From: the human T2T-CHM13v2.0 reference genome, Homo sapiens
Direction: 5' to 3' (one strand)
DNA length: 64,000 nucleotides
Assembly: GCF_009914755.1 (NCBI RefSeq)
Contig: NC_060929.1
This document shows positions 14,546-25,530 of this stretch, in pieces (positions within the stretch are counted from its first letter, which is position 1; each line of letters starts with the position of its first letter). The notes beneath the pieces were generated by a model. The model made no database searches. It had not been told where the DNA came from and saw only the letters and a list, made by a program, of their open reading frames with translations. The translations under genes and the position numbers were made by a program.

Positions 14546-14624
14546 TTTCATATGATAGCAAGATTAAATTTTTGCATTACCTAAGTTCTTTGCCTTGTAT
14601 AATAATATTTATCAGGCATAAGAG

Positions 14625-16106
14625 TAAGAAAGAAAAGAGAGAAGAATCAAATAGACACAATAAAAAAATGATAAAGGGGATATCACTACTGACCCCACAG
14701 AAATTTAAACTACCATCAGAGAATACTGTAAACGCTTCTACTCAAATAAACTAGAAAATCTAGAAGAAATGGATACATTCTTGGACACATACACACTTCC
14801 AAGGCTAACCCAGTAAGAAGTCAAATCCCTGAACACACTAATAACAAGTTCTGAAATTGAGGCAGTAATTAATAGCCAACCAACCAAAAAAAGCTGAGGA
14901 CCAGAAAGATTCATAGCTAAATTCTAACAGAGATAAAAAGAAGAGCTGGTACCAACCTTCTGAAACTATTTCAAACAATTGAAAGGGAGGGACTTCTCCT
15001 GAACTCATTTTATGAGGCCAGCATCACCCTGATACCAAAACTTGGCAGAGACACAACAAAAAAAGAAAACTTCAGGCCAATATCCCTGATGAACATCAAT
15101 GAAAATCTCCTCAATAAAATATTGGCAAACCAAATCCAACAGCACATCAAAAAGCTTATCCACCATGATCAAGTTGGCTTCATCCCAGGAATGCAAGGCT
15201 GGTTCAACATATGCAAATCAATAAAGGTAATCCACCACATAAACAGAACCAATGACAAAAACCACATGGTTATCTCAATAGATGCAGAAAAGTCCTTTGA
15301 TAAAATTCAACATTGCTTCATGTTAAAAACTCTCAGTAAACTAGGTATCGATGAAATACATCTCAAAACAATAAGAGCTATTTATGACAAACCCATAGCC
15401 AATATCATACTGAATGGGCAAAACTTGGGAGCATTCCCTTTGAAAACCAGCACAAGACAAGGATGCCCCCTCTCACTACTCCTATTCAACATATTATTGG
15501 AAGTTCTGGCCAGGGCAATCAGACAGGAGAAAGAAATAAAGAGTATTCAAATAGGAGGAGAGGAAGTCAAGTTGTCTGTTTGCAGATGACATGATTCTAT
15601 ATTAAGAAAACCACATAGTCTCAGCCCAAAAACTCCTTAAGCTGTTAAGCAATTTAAAGCAAAGTCTCAGGATACAAAATCAATTTGCAAAAATTCACAA
15701 GCATTAATATACACCAACAATAGACAAGCAGAGAACCAAATCATGAATGAACTCCCATTCACAATTGCTCTAAAGAGAATAAAATACCTAGGGATACAGC
15801 TAACAAGGGATGTGAAGGACCTCTTCAAGGAGAACTAAAAACCACTACTCAAGGAAATAAGAGAGGACACAAACCAATGAAAAAATATTCCATGCTCATG
15901 GATAGAAAGAATCAATATCATGAAAATGACCATACTTCCCCAAGTAATTTATAGATTTAATGCTATTCCCATCAAACTACCACTGATATTCTTCACAGAA
16001 TTAGAAAAAATTACTTTACATTTCATATGGAACCAAAAAAGAGCCTGCATAGCCAAGACAATCCTAAACAAAGAGAACAAAGCTGGAGGCATCACACTAC
16101 CTGACT
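14625..16106 (+). mobile_element. L1PA ORF2 internal fragment (about 1.5 kb, RT region), disabled
   Basis: ORF 15089-15589 reads [44 protein letters not shown]...[30 protein letters not shown] = L1 ORF2p RT; frameshifts and stops around it; ends abruptly at GGCATCACACTACCTGACT. Confidence 0.95.
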
Positions 16107-16653
16107 CCTCTTTCCTCTTTCTAACACATTTTGTCTATGATTCATTCATACTGCATTGTGTTCTCCTCTGTCTGCTCACTCAATTTGATTCATTTATTCA
16201 TTCATTCATTCACCTACCCATTCATTCATAAAACATTCATATTTACTACCTACCTATTCGCCTTTTCTCCTGAGACTTTATTCCTAAATCTGATATTTAA
16301 CACAATAATTTAAACATTACATTAGCTTTGTCTTCATTCTTATATTTTTAGAAATAGAGTAGCTTTTTTGTAGAAATGTCTCCTAAAATACAGTTTTATG
16401 CTTCAGAGGAAGAAATTAATTATGAGAAAAGATAAAATATATTTGAATGCTATTTAAAAATTCATTTTTGAAAACCAGTGCCCAATAAAAATTTATATGA
16501 TTCCAACCTGAGAGAGAAGTAATATTATTTAGCCTTGCACCTTCTCCATCAAGAGTGATTTGTGCTGAGATGAACTAGAAGAGAGGCCTTCAAGTACCAA
16601 GATTTATCTTAGTTGGATGCACTATCCAAACAGGTCTTTAAAAGTAGCTTATA

Positions 16654-16835
16654 TTTATTGATCATTAACTATGCCAGGCACTGTGAATAACTTAAAACAA
16701 CTTTTAAATAGTCTTTTAAGTGAGTTGCCACTTTTAACCATATTTTGCACATAAGGAACAAGACTCAAACTGGTTGAGAAGCTTTCCCATGGACATACGG
16801 TTAGTGAGTGCTTAGATCTGAACCCAGGTCATTCC
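16654..16835 (-). mobile_element. MIR SINE
   Basis: TTTATTGATCATTAACTATGCCAGGCACTGTG...CCATATTTTGCACATAAGGAACAAGACTCA...GATCTGAACCCAGGTC. Confidence 0.7.
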
Positions 16836-19354
16836 ACCACACTCTTAGTCAATTTGCTGTGTTATCTCCTCAATTCATTGACGGTTCCCAGAATCCTCAA
16901 ATCTCTCTTTCTAGCTTTGATTGTAACTTCTTGATTATCTTGCTATATGAACTTGAGCCTCCTTTTTTAGACCTGCTGTTTTGTGGATTTATTAGCATTA
17001 TAATTTCTCTCATGTCTTTAGCTACTAATCCCCTATTCTCTTCACCTCTCAAAACTATCAAACTAACCAGAACAATTGGAATTTGGAAAGTTCAAGGATT
17101 CTTATCTAACCTAGAGGGCAATTCATTATTGGTAGTAGCATAGCAGAATTCTTTATAAAAATAGATGCTTGAAGAAATATATTACAAAGCTTTTCATATT
17201 TATTCCAGGAAGGAAGGGCAGACCCCTCATGAAGGAACACTTATTAGCACAGATCTATTTCACTCACAGTAAGTAGGGCTCAAATAACTAATAATTTTTG
17301 GTTAAGCTGCTTGCATATTTCTTTAATTTTTTTTTTCAAAATATTGAGAGAATAGAGCCTGTTTTTTTCTTCCCTTTTAGGATTATACAAACTTAACTAC
17401 ATGGAATGTGACAGAAAACTACATGCTGTTTCTTTATATTTCTTCATGAGGCCAATAAACCTCTCTGTATATCTAGTCTCTGAAAAGCCTTATTTATTAA
17501 TAATTTCCTGAAGTCATGATAAAATCAAGACTACGATTAACCTCAGGTTATATAGCTATTGATGTTCTTTGATGTTTCTCTGGAAAATATTTTCATTTTT
17601 AGCATGAGGAAATATATTATTTACCTCTACTTTAGAGACTTCTTTACCATGTGCCATTGATAGATTTTTCTCCCTTCTGTATCCTTAAGCCTTTTTTATA
17701 CAGAAGACCTTGTGCTATGATGGTCATCACATTATAAATACTTAAGAAAGAACAAGCAAATCAAATCAAACCTATACAAAAAAATTGGACAGATTGTGCC
17801 TATTTCCCTTTTTCTAGTGACATAGTAATTAACTCTCTTCATTTTTGGTGTACTTATTTATATTATAATGTTTACATATTAAAGACAATTTGGATAATAA
17901 CAAAATATAAATAAAAAAACACCACTCAGTCACAAGCATGATTCATATTTCAGAATATCAGTTTCAAATTTTTCTAGGCATAGCCTAATTCAGTTTTAAT
18001 CATATAATCCTGTGATGACATATAATCATAAATACATTTTAATCATAAAATTACAAATTACTTATCTGTCACTTTATAGCCTCAATGCACGTAAATAGTT
18101 CCACTATTTCAAATAACACTTTTAAGATAATTTCTTGTATTTGATATTATTTCCTTGGTCTTAGACTCAGAAGTAAAACTTTTAGAGCAAAAGAAATGTC
18201 TCTGAGCCAGTGTTTAGGGCATTTCATGGTTCTATTAAGACAAACTCCCTTATATTACAAATGGGACAATAACCAGGCCCTGTAAAACACGTTCCTTTTT
18301 CTGAGGCAATGTTGTGCAAAATATTATGTCTTTCTTAATTCCTTGGATGATGGTGAAGGTAAAAGCATTGCAGACAGAAAAAAAAATCACATTGCCAGAG
18401 TATATGTCAATTCCAGTAAGGATGTGTTGTGGTCCATAGAGGGTGAAAAGGATCTGATGAAATAAACAGTCATATATTTGATAGTAACACATTAAGAGCA
18501 CAGAGTTGATTTCTGCTTTGAGAAAGTTAGATATTCAGCAGTGGTAGACGTGGAATAAGTGGTCAGGAGTAGAGGGCCCATAATATGGATACCCAAAAGA
18601 GCTTTCATACACTCCTCCAAAGCCATCTGTTCAGTGCTCATTTTGCCCTGACTGGAGTTCTTGAGAAGAGAGGCTGGGTGAAATCTACTTGGTTGTTGAG
18701 TATCTCCTGTGGCTAATTTCTGATGGGCATTAACACGACACCAAAAGATCTGCACAACCTGGTTTACTCCCATAGGTCTATGCACATTCAACTGCCCCAG
18801 ACTACTTTGTCTCTGATCTTCCAGGATTGCTCCTTCCAGATGCCTAACCAACCAACAGTCATTCACAGCTGGTAAGGTATTTATGTGTCTGTTCTTCAGG
18901 CTGCTTTTCCCTTTAAATTGTACTCTTTGGAGGTCTGCCATTCCTCTCCTTTATCTCAGTGATTTAAGATCGCTTACAAGTTTATAGCTAATACCAACAT
19001 ATTACACTGGCAGCCTGTGATTCAAGCTTGAGGTTTTTCCCCCTCTGCCAGTTGCTCATAGGGAACTCCCCTTAACACCTAAGTATAAGCTGAGGGAGAG
19101 GCTGTGGTACAATAGAAGAAAGAGTCAAGGGAACGCCAAAAATTTTATTAATTAACTAATTAACTTGGCTCTGCCGTAGCCTATACTTGAGTGTATGTTT
19201 CCACTTTGGAGTGTTTAGCTGCTGTGCCCGCCTGGCCTTATGACTCAACGAATCTGATAATATGAAACTCATTATGAGCAGTTCTATATTCTTTGTTCAG
19301 GCCTTCAGTCACTCTAAGGGCTCTAGAATAAATTATTTTTGAAAGCTGAAAATG

Positions 19355-19357
<3 letters not shown>

Positions 19358-19392
<35 letters not shown>
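19358..19392. repeat. (TG)n microsatellite
   Basis: Direct reading, about 17 units. Confidence 0.95.
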
Positions 19393-19394
<2 letters not shown>

Positions 19395-20013
19395 CATGAT
19401 GATCAGAATTCCGGGAAACTAGGAAGAGAATTTCATGCAGACTACCAGATATTCCATACAGCATTATTATTTGCCACTTATTATTTTAGCTCCATCAGGT
19501 TTGCTGGATAATATGACCTAAGTTGTCAAGAAACTTGCACTATAGCTTGTAATTGCAGCTAAGCCCTCTTATAATCTTAGGTCCTAACTTGAAGTCTGCA
19601 GACTACTCTAATATTATATCAGAAATATATTTCCAGGTATGAAATATGGTGCCTCCAATCTGTATGGGTCTTACAGTGTGCTCTCTTTCTTAGTGGTAGG
19701 TGTTGAGAATTACAGAGGCCCACCAAACTCTCCACCTAATCCCAGTTCTTGGCATCCTACTTTTAAAAATGTCCAAGTCCTACGTATGACATAAATAACC
19801 TGACAAAGCTGTAATTCTAGCATTCTTTACATCCTTCTGCTTTTACAATTAGACCTTGGCTCCAATTTTCCCGATGAATATTCCTAAATGTTTCTATGTG
19901 AGTCCTGTATGTTTCACGGCAGGCCTTGAGGTGATATTTGGCTGATCTGAACTTAAAATTTTCTCTTCTAAAACTTACTAAATGGTTAATTACAAAGCCT
20001 TCTAATTAAAAAA

Positions 20014-20315
20014 TTCTTTATTTCTGAGACATGTCCTCACTGTGTCACCCAGGTTGGAATTCAGCGGCATGATCATAGCTCACTGTAGCTTTGACCTCCC
20101 AGGCTCAAGAGATCCTCCTGCTTCAGCCTCCTAAGTAACTGGGACCACATGCTTGCTTCAACATGCCCAGCTAATTTTTTTTTTTTGTTATCATTTGTAG
20201 AGATGGGCCCTCCCTATGTTTCTCAGGCTGGTCTCAGACTCCTGGGCCAAAATAATCCTCCTGCCTTGGCCTCCCAAATTGCTGAGATTACAAGTATGAG
20301 CCACCACATCCAGCC
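20014..20315 (-). mobile_element. AluJ
   Basis: GATCATAGCTCACTGTAGC, CAGGCTCAAGAGATCCTCCTG, ACTCCTGGGCCAA are J-type; high divergence; probable TSD AA(A/C)AATTCTT. Confidence 0.85.
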
Positions 20316-20574
20316 AACAATTCTTGTAGTATTTCTTAAAATTCTTTAAGTATCACAACCTCATAACTACCCAGTAACCTACTCTTCACCTATATATATA
20401 CATTATCCCAACCTGCAAGATGGGATTTATGGTAATTGCAATGGTGTTGGGACTGGGGGTTTTTCCCATCTCTATTATAATTAGCAATGGGGTCATTATT
20501 TTCATCTGATGGATGTGTATTCTAGCTCTAAAATATTATTATTGCAAAGGCTTGCATTCTAGGCATATTTCTAT

Positions 20575-21180
20575 GTACTTTCTCAGTCTGGGTTTTCCCA
20601 CAAGTCGAAACTATGACAGCTGCTACTGAAAAGAGTTTATTTAGAAGTTACCTTATATTCCCATGTGAGGTATAAAGGCAATGACAAAGAGGAGGGAAAG
20701 GCAATCAAAAGGTACATTGTTAAATTGGCCACAGTTATTCACTTTTATTGTTTTTGCAAGAGATGTTGTTTGACTATGTTGTCCAGGTTGGACTCAAATT
20801 TCTGAGATCAAGCAATTCTTCCTGTTCAGCCTCCGGAGTAGTGGGTCTACAGGTGCACACCATCAAACCCATCTCCCTAGGACTCTTTGATGAGCCTTAT
20901 GCAATAGTTCTCAGAGCTGTTTTCCAGGGAAACAAAAGTAAGCGTTCATCCTTTTGCTCCCACCCTGCATTTGTCAAGAGTAGTCTTTTCACAGGCAGTA
21001 TTAATTATCTGATTTCCAGATTTCTCATGCCTGAGGAAGAAATATTCCTCAGACATGTTACTGCTCAAAGGCAGTCACGAAGAACTATGAATGTCTTGTG
21101 TGGATCTAGTGGAAATCAACACAGAACTGGCTTGTATATGGGCTAACACCCTAAAGATTTGAAGTGACAGGCACAGATGA
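20575..21180 (-). mobile_element. ERV-L LTR (LTR33/LTR16-like), interrupted by a FLAM
   Basis: CAGTCTGGGTTTTCCCACAAG..AGTTTATTTAGAAG..GGAGGGAAAGGCAATCAAAAGGTACATT; adjacent to the ERV-L internal remnant. Confidence 0.5.
20745..20873 (-). mobile_element. FLAM (free left Alu monomer)
   Basis: Single Alu monomer: CTATGTTGTCCAGGTTGGACTCAAATTTCTGAGATCAAGCAATTCTTCCTG. Confidence 0.75.
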
Positions 21181-22154
21181 ACTTATTCTTTTAGTCGCCC
21201 CTCCCTTATGGAGAACACAATAAAAATGCTAATAGCAACTCTTGTTTTCTAATTTTGTTTTCTTCCTTTTTAAAAATTTCATGCCGTTATAACTTTCATT
21301 TCTTTTCTTTTTGCAATTTTCATTTGAAGAAAAACAGTAGCATTTGCTATGAGCTCTGTGGAAACCAATGGGTGCAAGAATTTAAAGATTTAAGGTGGCA
21401 TATGGAGAAAAGTTATTAAAAATTATGTAAATAATGTAATTTATAATATATATTCAGTTCCTTACAGATATATCTTGCTAGCCTATTTTCCTTCTAGTAC
21501 ATGTAGCATAAGCACGTTTATTTTTATACATTTTGATCCAGCTGAGGTTCAAACTGAGTTCTTATTTTGCTTCTCTTTCCTTGCAGAACTGCTGTGAGGA
21601 CTCAAAAATTCTTATTTCTACTTGTCCTCTGTAATTCCTGATGATCATTTCTGTGTCGTCATCTTATACATTACCTGGTAACAAAGAGTCTTCATTCAGC
21701 CTTCATCATAACACCCTCCGTTCTTGAAACAATTTTAATACTCTCATTTTATAAGCAAGACATGATTATTCAAAGGAGATAAATAATCTATATGAAGTCA
21801 AACTGTAAATTACCTGTGTAGCCAAGAAAAAACATTATTATTATTGGTTTTCAAGGAAGTCAATATTATACTTTATTCAATAAAAATTGTTAATACTGAT
21901 CTGTAGCCACAGTGAAATCAATTGTAACTCTACAAAGAAGAAAATAAAATTAATTTAGTACTTTTGTGATTTAGTTTCCTTATTGGTGGGTGGAAAGATA
22001 GAAAATGAGATAGTTTCAATAAATGATCCCTGAGATCCACTTCAAATCTAATATTCTGTAATTCTAAGTAAACCATGACCTTTTTATTACAAGTACTCTG
22101 TTCTCTCTGATATTGACCCTGATTAATAAACCGATCATTCCATCCTTAGCCATG

Positions 22155-22685
22155 ATTATAGTCAAAGCTCTTTTTGGTGAAAATATTAGAAACCCATTCC
22201 AATTATCTTAAGCAAGGGGTGGTAGGGAGAGGAAATTGATTTTCAGCATATTAGTTTATCCACATGAAATATGATGGCAGGAATCAGAGTTAAGCCTCAT
22301 TAGGAACAGAAATCAGGAACTTGAATTAGCAAATGAGATTGCCCTCTATTAGTTCTGGGCCACACTGATCTCTTTGCTTTGCCTTTCTCCAGACATGTAT
22401 TTCATTCTTTTCCCTTGACACATGGATTATTTTGGATTTTAACAAGCTAACAGGCAAGTAACTATCTCAGCCCAACTTTGTCACACTTATCAGTTTAAGT
22501 GTATACTAGAGAAATGCTGAAATTGCTGTCCCAACTCCAAATTTATGGAATAAGTTTAGGATTGATCTAACATTAACCATGTGTCTAAAAATTTCAACTG
22601 TGAGATGGGGCAAATCTCATAGTACAGACCTACTTCCAAGGTAGAAACAGGTGTTCTTAGGACAAAGAGTTTTTTTAAAAGCTTG
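22155..22685. mobile_element. Old MLT1(J-N)-like LTR fragment hosting the L1 insertion
   Basis: TAGTCAAAGCTCTTTTTGGTGAAAATATTAGAAACCCATTCCAATTATCTTAAGCAA is typical of an old MLT1 LTR end. Confidence 0.45.
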
Positions 22686-22696
22686 GAAAGTGTGGG

Positions 22697-24681
22697 TTTT
22701 ACATTTAAGTGGGTCTTCAATCCATCTTGAGTTCATTTTTGTACAAGGTGTAAGGAAGGGGTCCAGTTTCAGTTTTCTGTATATGGCTAGCCAGTTTCCC
22801 AAAACCATTTAATAAATAGGGAATCCTTTCTCCATTGCTTGTTTTTGTCAGGTTTGTCGAAGATCAGGTGGTTGTAGATGTGTAGTGTTACTTCTGAGGT
22901 CTCTGTTCTGTTCCATTAATCTATGTCTATTTTGGTACCAGTACCATGCCATTTTTGTTACTTTGGACTTATAGTATAGTTTGCAGTCAGGTAGTGTGAT
23001 GCCTCCAGCTTTGTTCTTTTTGATTAGGATTGTATTGGCCATACAGTCTCCTTTTTGGTTCCATATGAAGTTTAAAGTAGTTTTTTTTTTGTTTTAATTC
23101 TGTGAAAAATGTCATTGGTAGTTTGATGGGAATAACATTGAATCTATAAATTACTTTGGGCAGTATGGCATTTTCGTGATACTAATTCTTCCTATCCATA
23201 TGTTTGTGTCCTCTCTTATTTCCTGAGCAGTGGTTTGTTGTTCTTCTTGAAGAGGGCCTTCACATCCCTTGTTAGCTCTATCCCTAGGTATTTTATTCTC
23301 TTTGGAGCAATTGTGAATGGGAGTTCATTCATGATTTGGTTCTCTGCTTGTCTATTGTTGGTGTATATGAATGCTTGTGAATTTTTGCACATTGATTTTG
23401 TATCCTGAGACTTTGCTGAAGTTGCTTAACAGCTTAAGGAGTTTTTGGGCTGAGATGCTGGGGTTTTCTAAATATAGAATCATGTCATTTGCAAACAGAG
23501 ACAATTTGACTTCCTCTTTTCCTATTTGAATATTTTATTTCTCTAGCCTGATTTCCTTAAAAACCCTAGAAGAAAACCTAGGCAATACCATTCAGGCATG
23601 GGCAAAGACTTCATGACTAAAACACCAAAAGCAATTGCAACAAAAGCCAAAATTGACAAATGGGATCTAATTAAACTAAAGAGCTTCTGCACAGCAAAAG
23701 AAACACATCAGAGTGAACAGACAACCTGCAGAATGGGAGTACATTTTTGCAATCTACCCATCTGACAAATGTCTAATATCCAGAATCTACAAGAAACCTA
23801 AACAAATTTACAAGAAAAAAACAACCCCATCAAAAAGTGGGCAAAGGATATGAACAGACACTTCTCAAAAGAAGGCATTTATGTGGCCAAAAAACATGAG
23901 AAAAGCTAATCTTCATTGATCATTAGAGAAATGCAAATCCAAACCATAATGAGATACCATCTCATGCCCATTAGAATGGCGATTATTAAAAAGTCTAGAA
24001 ACAATAGGTGCTGGCGAGGCTGTGGAGAAATAGGAACACTTTTGCACTGTTGGTGGGAATGTAGATTGGTTCAAACATTTTGGAGGACAGTGTGTTGATT
24101 CCTCAGGGATCTAGAACCATTTGACCCGATAATCCCATTACTGAGTATATACGCAAAGGAATATAAATAATTCTACTATAAAGACACAAGCATACATATG
24201 TTTATTGCAGAACTATTTATAATAGCAAAGACATGGAACCAACCCAAATCCCCATCACTGATAGACTGGATAAGGAAAATGTACATATACACCATGGAAT
24301 ACTATGCAGCCAGAAAAAGAATGAGTTCATGTCCTTTGCAGGGACATGGATGAAGCTGGAAACCATCACCCTCAGCAAACTAACACTGGAACAGAAATCC
24401 AAATACCACATGTTCTCACTCATAAGTGGAAGTTGAACAATGAGAACACATGGACACAGGGAGGGGAACAACACATACTGGGGCCTGTTGAAGGGCGGGA
24501 GGCAAGGGGAGGGGTAGCATTAGAACAAATACTTCATGCATGCGGGGCTTAAAACCTAGATGATGGGTTGATAGGTACAGCAAACCATCATGGCACGTGT
24601 ATACCTATGTAACAAACCTTCATCCTCTGCACATGTATCCTGGAACTTAAAGTAAAATTAACAAAAAAAAAAAAAAAGAAA
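22697..24681 (+). mobile_element. L1PA (about PA8) 5'-truncated, 5'-inverted (twin-primed) insertion
   Basis: 22697-~23557 antisense ORF2, ~23558-24681 sense ORF2 end, 3' UTR and poly(A); TSD GAAAGTGTGGG at 22686-22696 and 24682-24692. Confidence 0.95.
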
Positions 24682-25499
24682 GAAAGTGTGGGCTGAGAAG
24701 TCACTGCAAAACAAGTCTAGTAGACATAAAATGATGAGATTATTTCAAGAGGCAAAGAGAGTGATTGCTAAGATTGATATATCTTCCAACAGACAATATA
24801 AACTTCACAATGTTAGAGAAAACCCAAAGTGATGTATGATACTCCCATAGAAAACCTGTAAATATATCACATTGGGTCTTCTATGGAAGCAATAATCAAT
24901 TACTTTCAATGACATTTTATCTATTTGTACAATGAATTATGTGTCCATATTTGTTCTATTCATCTACAGAAGAAATACCTGCTATAAGAAATCATTCCAA
25001 GTAGTTATAGACATGTGCACTAGACAGTTTTAAAACCTCAATATCTCTGACTAATTAAATGTCTTTTTGATATAGCCAATGGCAGGGGCTCTCACAATGG
25101 TGCTAACAACCTGTGAAATCTAAGCAGCTCAGAACTTCTAAGAGCATCACTTGGGAGCATGAAACCGTAAAATAAAGACTCAGCCATTCTTTTTAACCTT
25201 TATGGTTTATAGTAGCAAAATTGAAATATAATAGTTGCAAACTAAATTTCTGTATGGGAAACTTAAACTCAGAGTGAGATGAAATTTAACAAAGTAAAAT
25301 ATAATATGAATTCACTGAAACAAGCATTGGGAATAGAAATGGTAAAAAACATTGCAGTGCATGCTATTAAAACAAAGAAAATGGTGCAAAAGTAAGGAAT
25401 TTTCTAAAAGATTAAGATATTATATAAGATTTACTATTATACATTTCATATATTTTAACCATTTGGAGAGATGCGTAAGATCCTTTTAGCATAGAAATA

Positions 25500-25502
<3 letters not shown>

Positions 25503-25530
<28 letters not shown>
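25503..25530. repeat. (TG)n microsatellite
   Basis: Direct reading, about 14 units. Confidence 0.95.

Larger units (their letters stand above)
18205..20560 (-). mobile_element. ERV-L class internal region, decayed pol (RT-RNase H-integrase)
   Basis: Minus ORFs give VQIFWCRVNAHQK (ERV-L RNase H VKIFVSHVNAHQR) and ILTGIDIYSG (integrase LTGIDTYSG); PTTKKE..WRHHI-like RT C-terminus near 19640-19700; split by (TG)n and AluJ. Confidence 0.8.

Noticed and set aside
15089-15589. 166-aa ORF with reverse-transcriptase motifs as a functional gene
   Set aside because: It is part of a truncated L1 ORF2 and frameshifts just before the catalytic FADD motif; flanked by stops.
18250-18941. 149-aa and 83-aa minus ORFs as a domesticated retroviral gene
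   Set aside because: Only short patches match ERV-L pol, in shifting frames; consistent with neutral decay.
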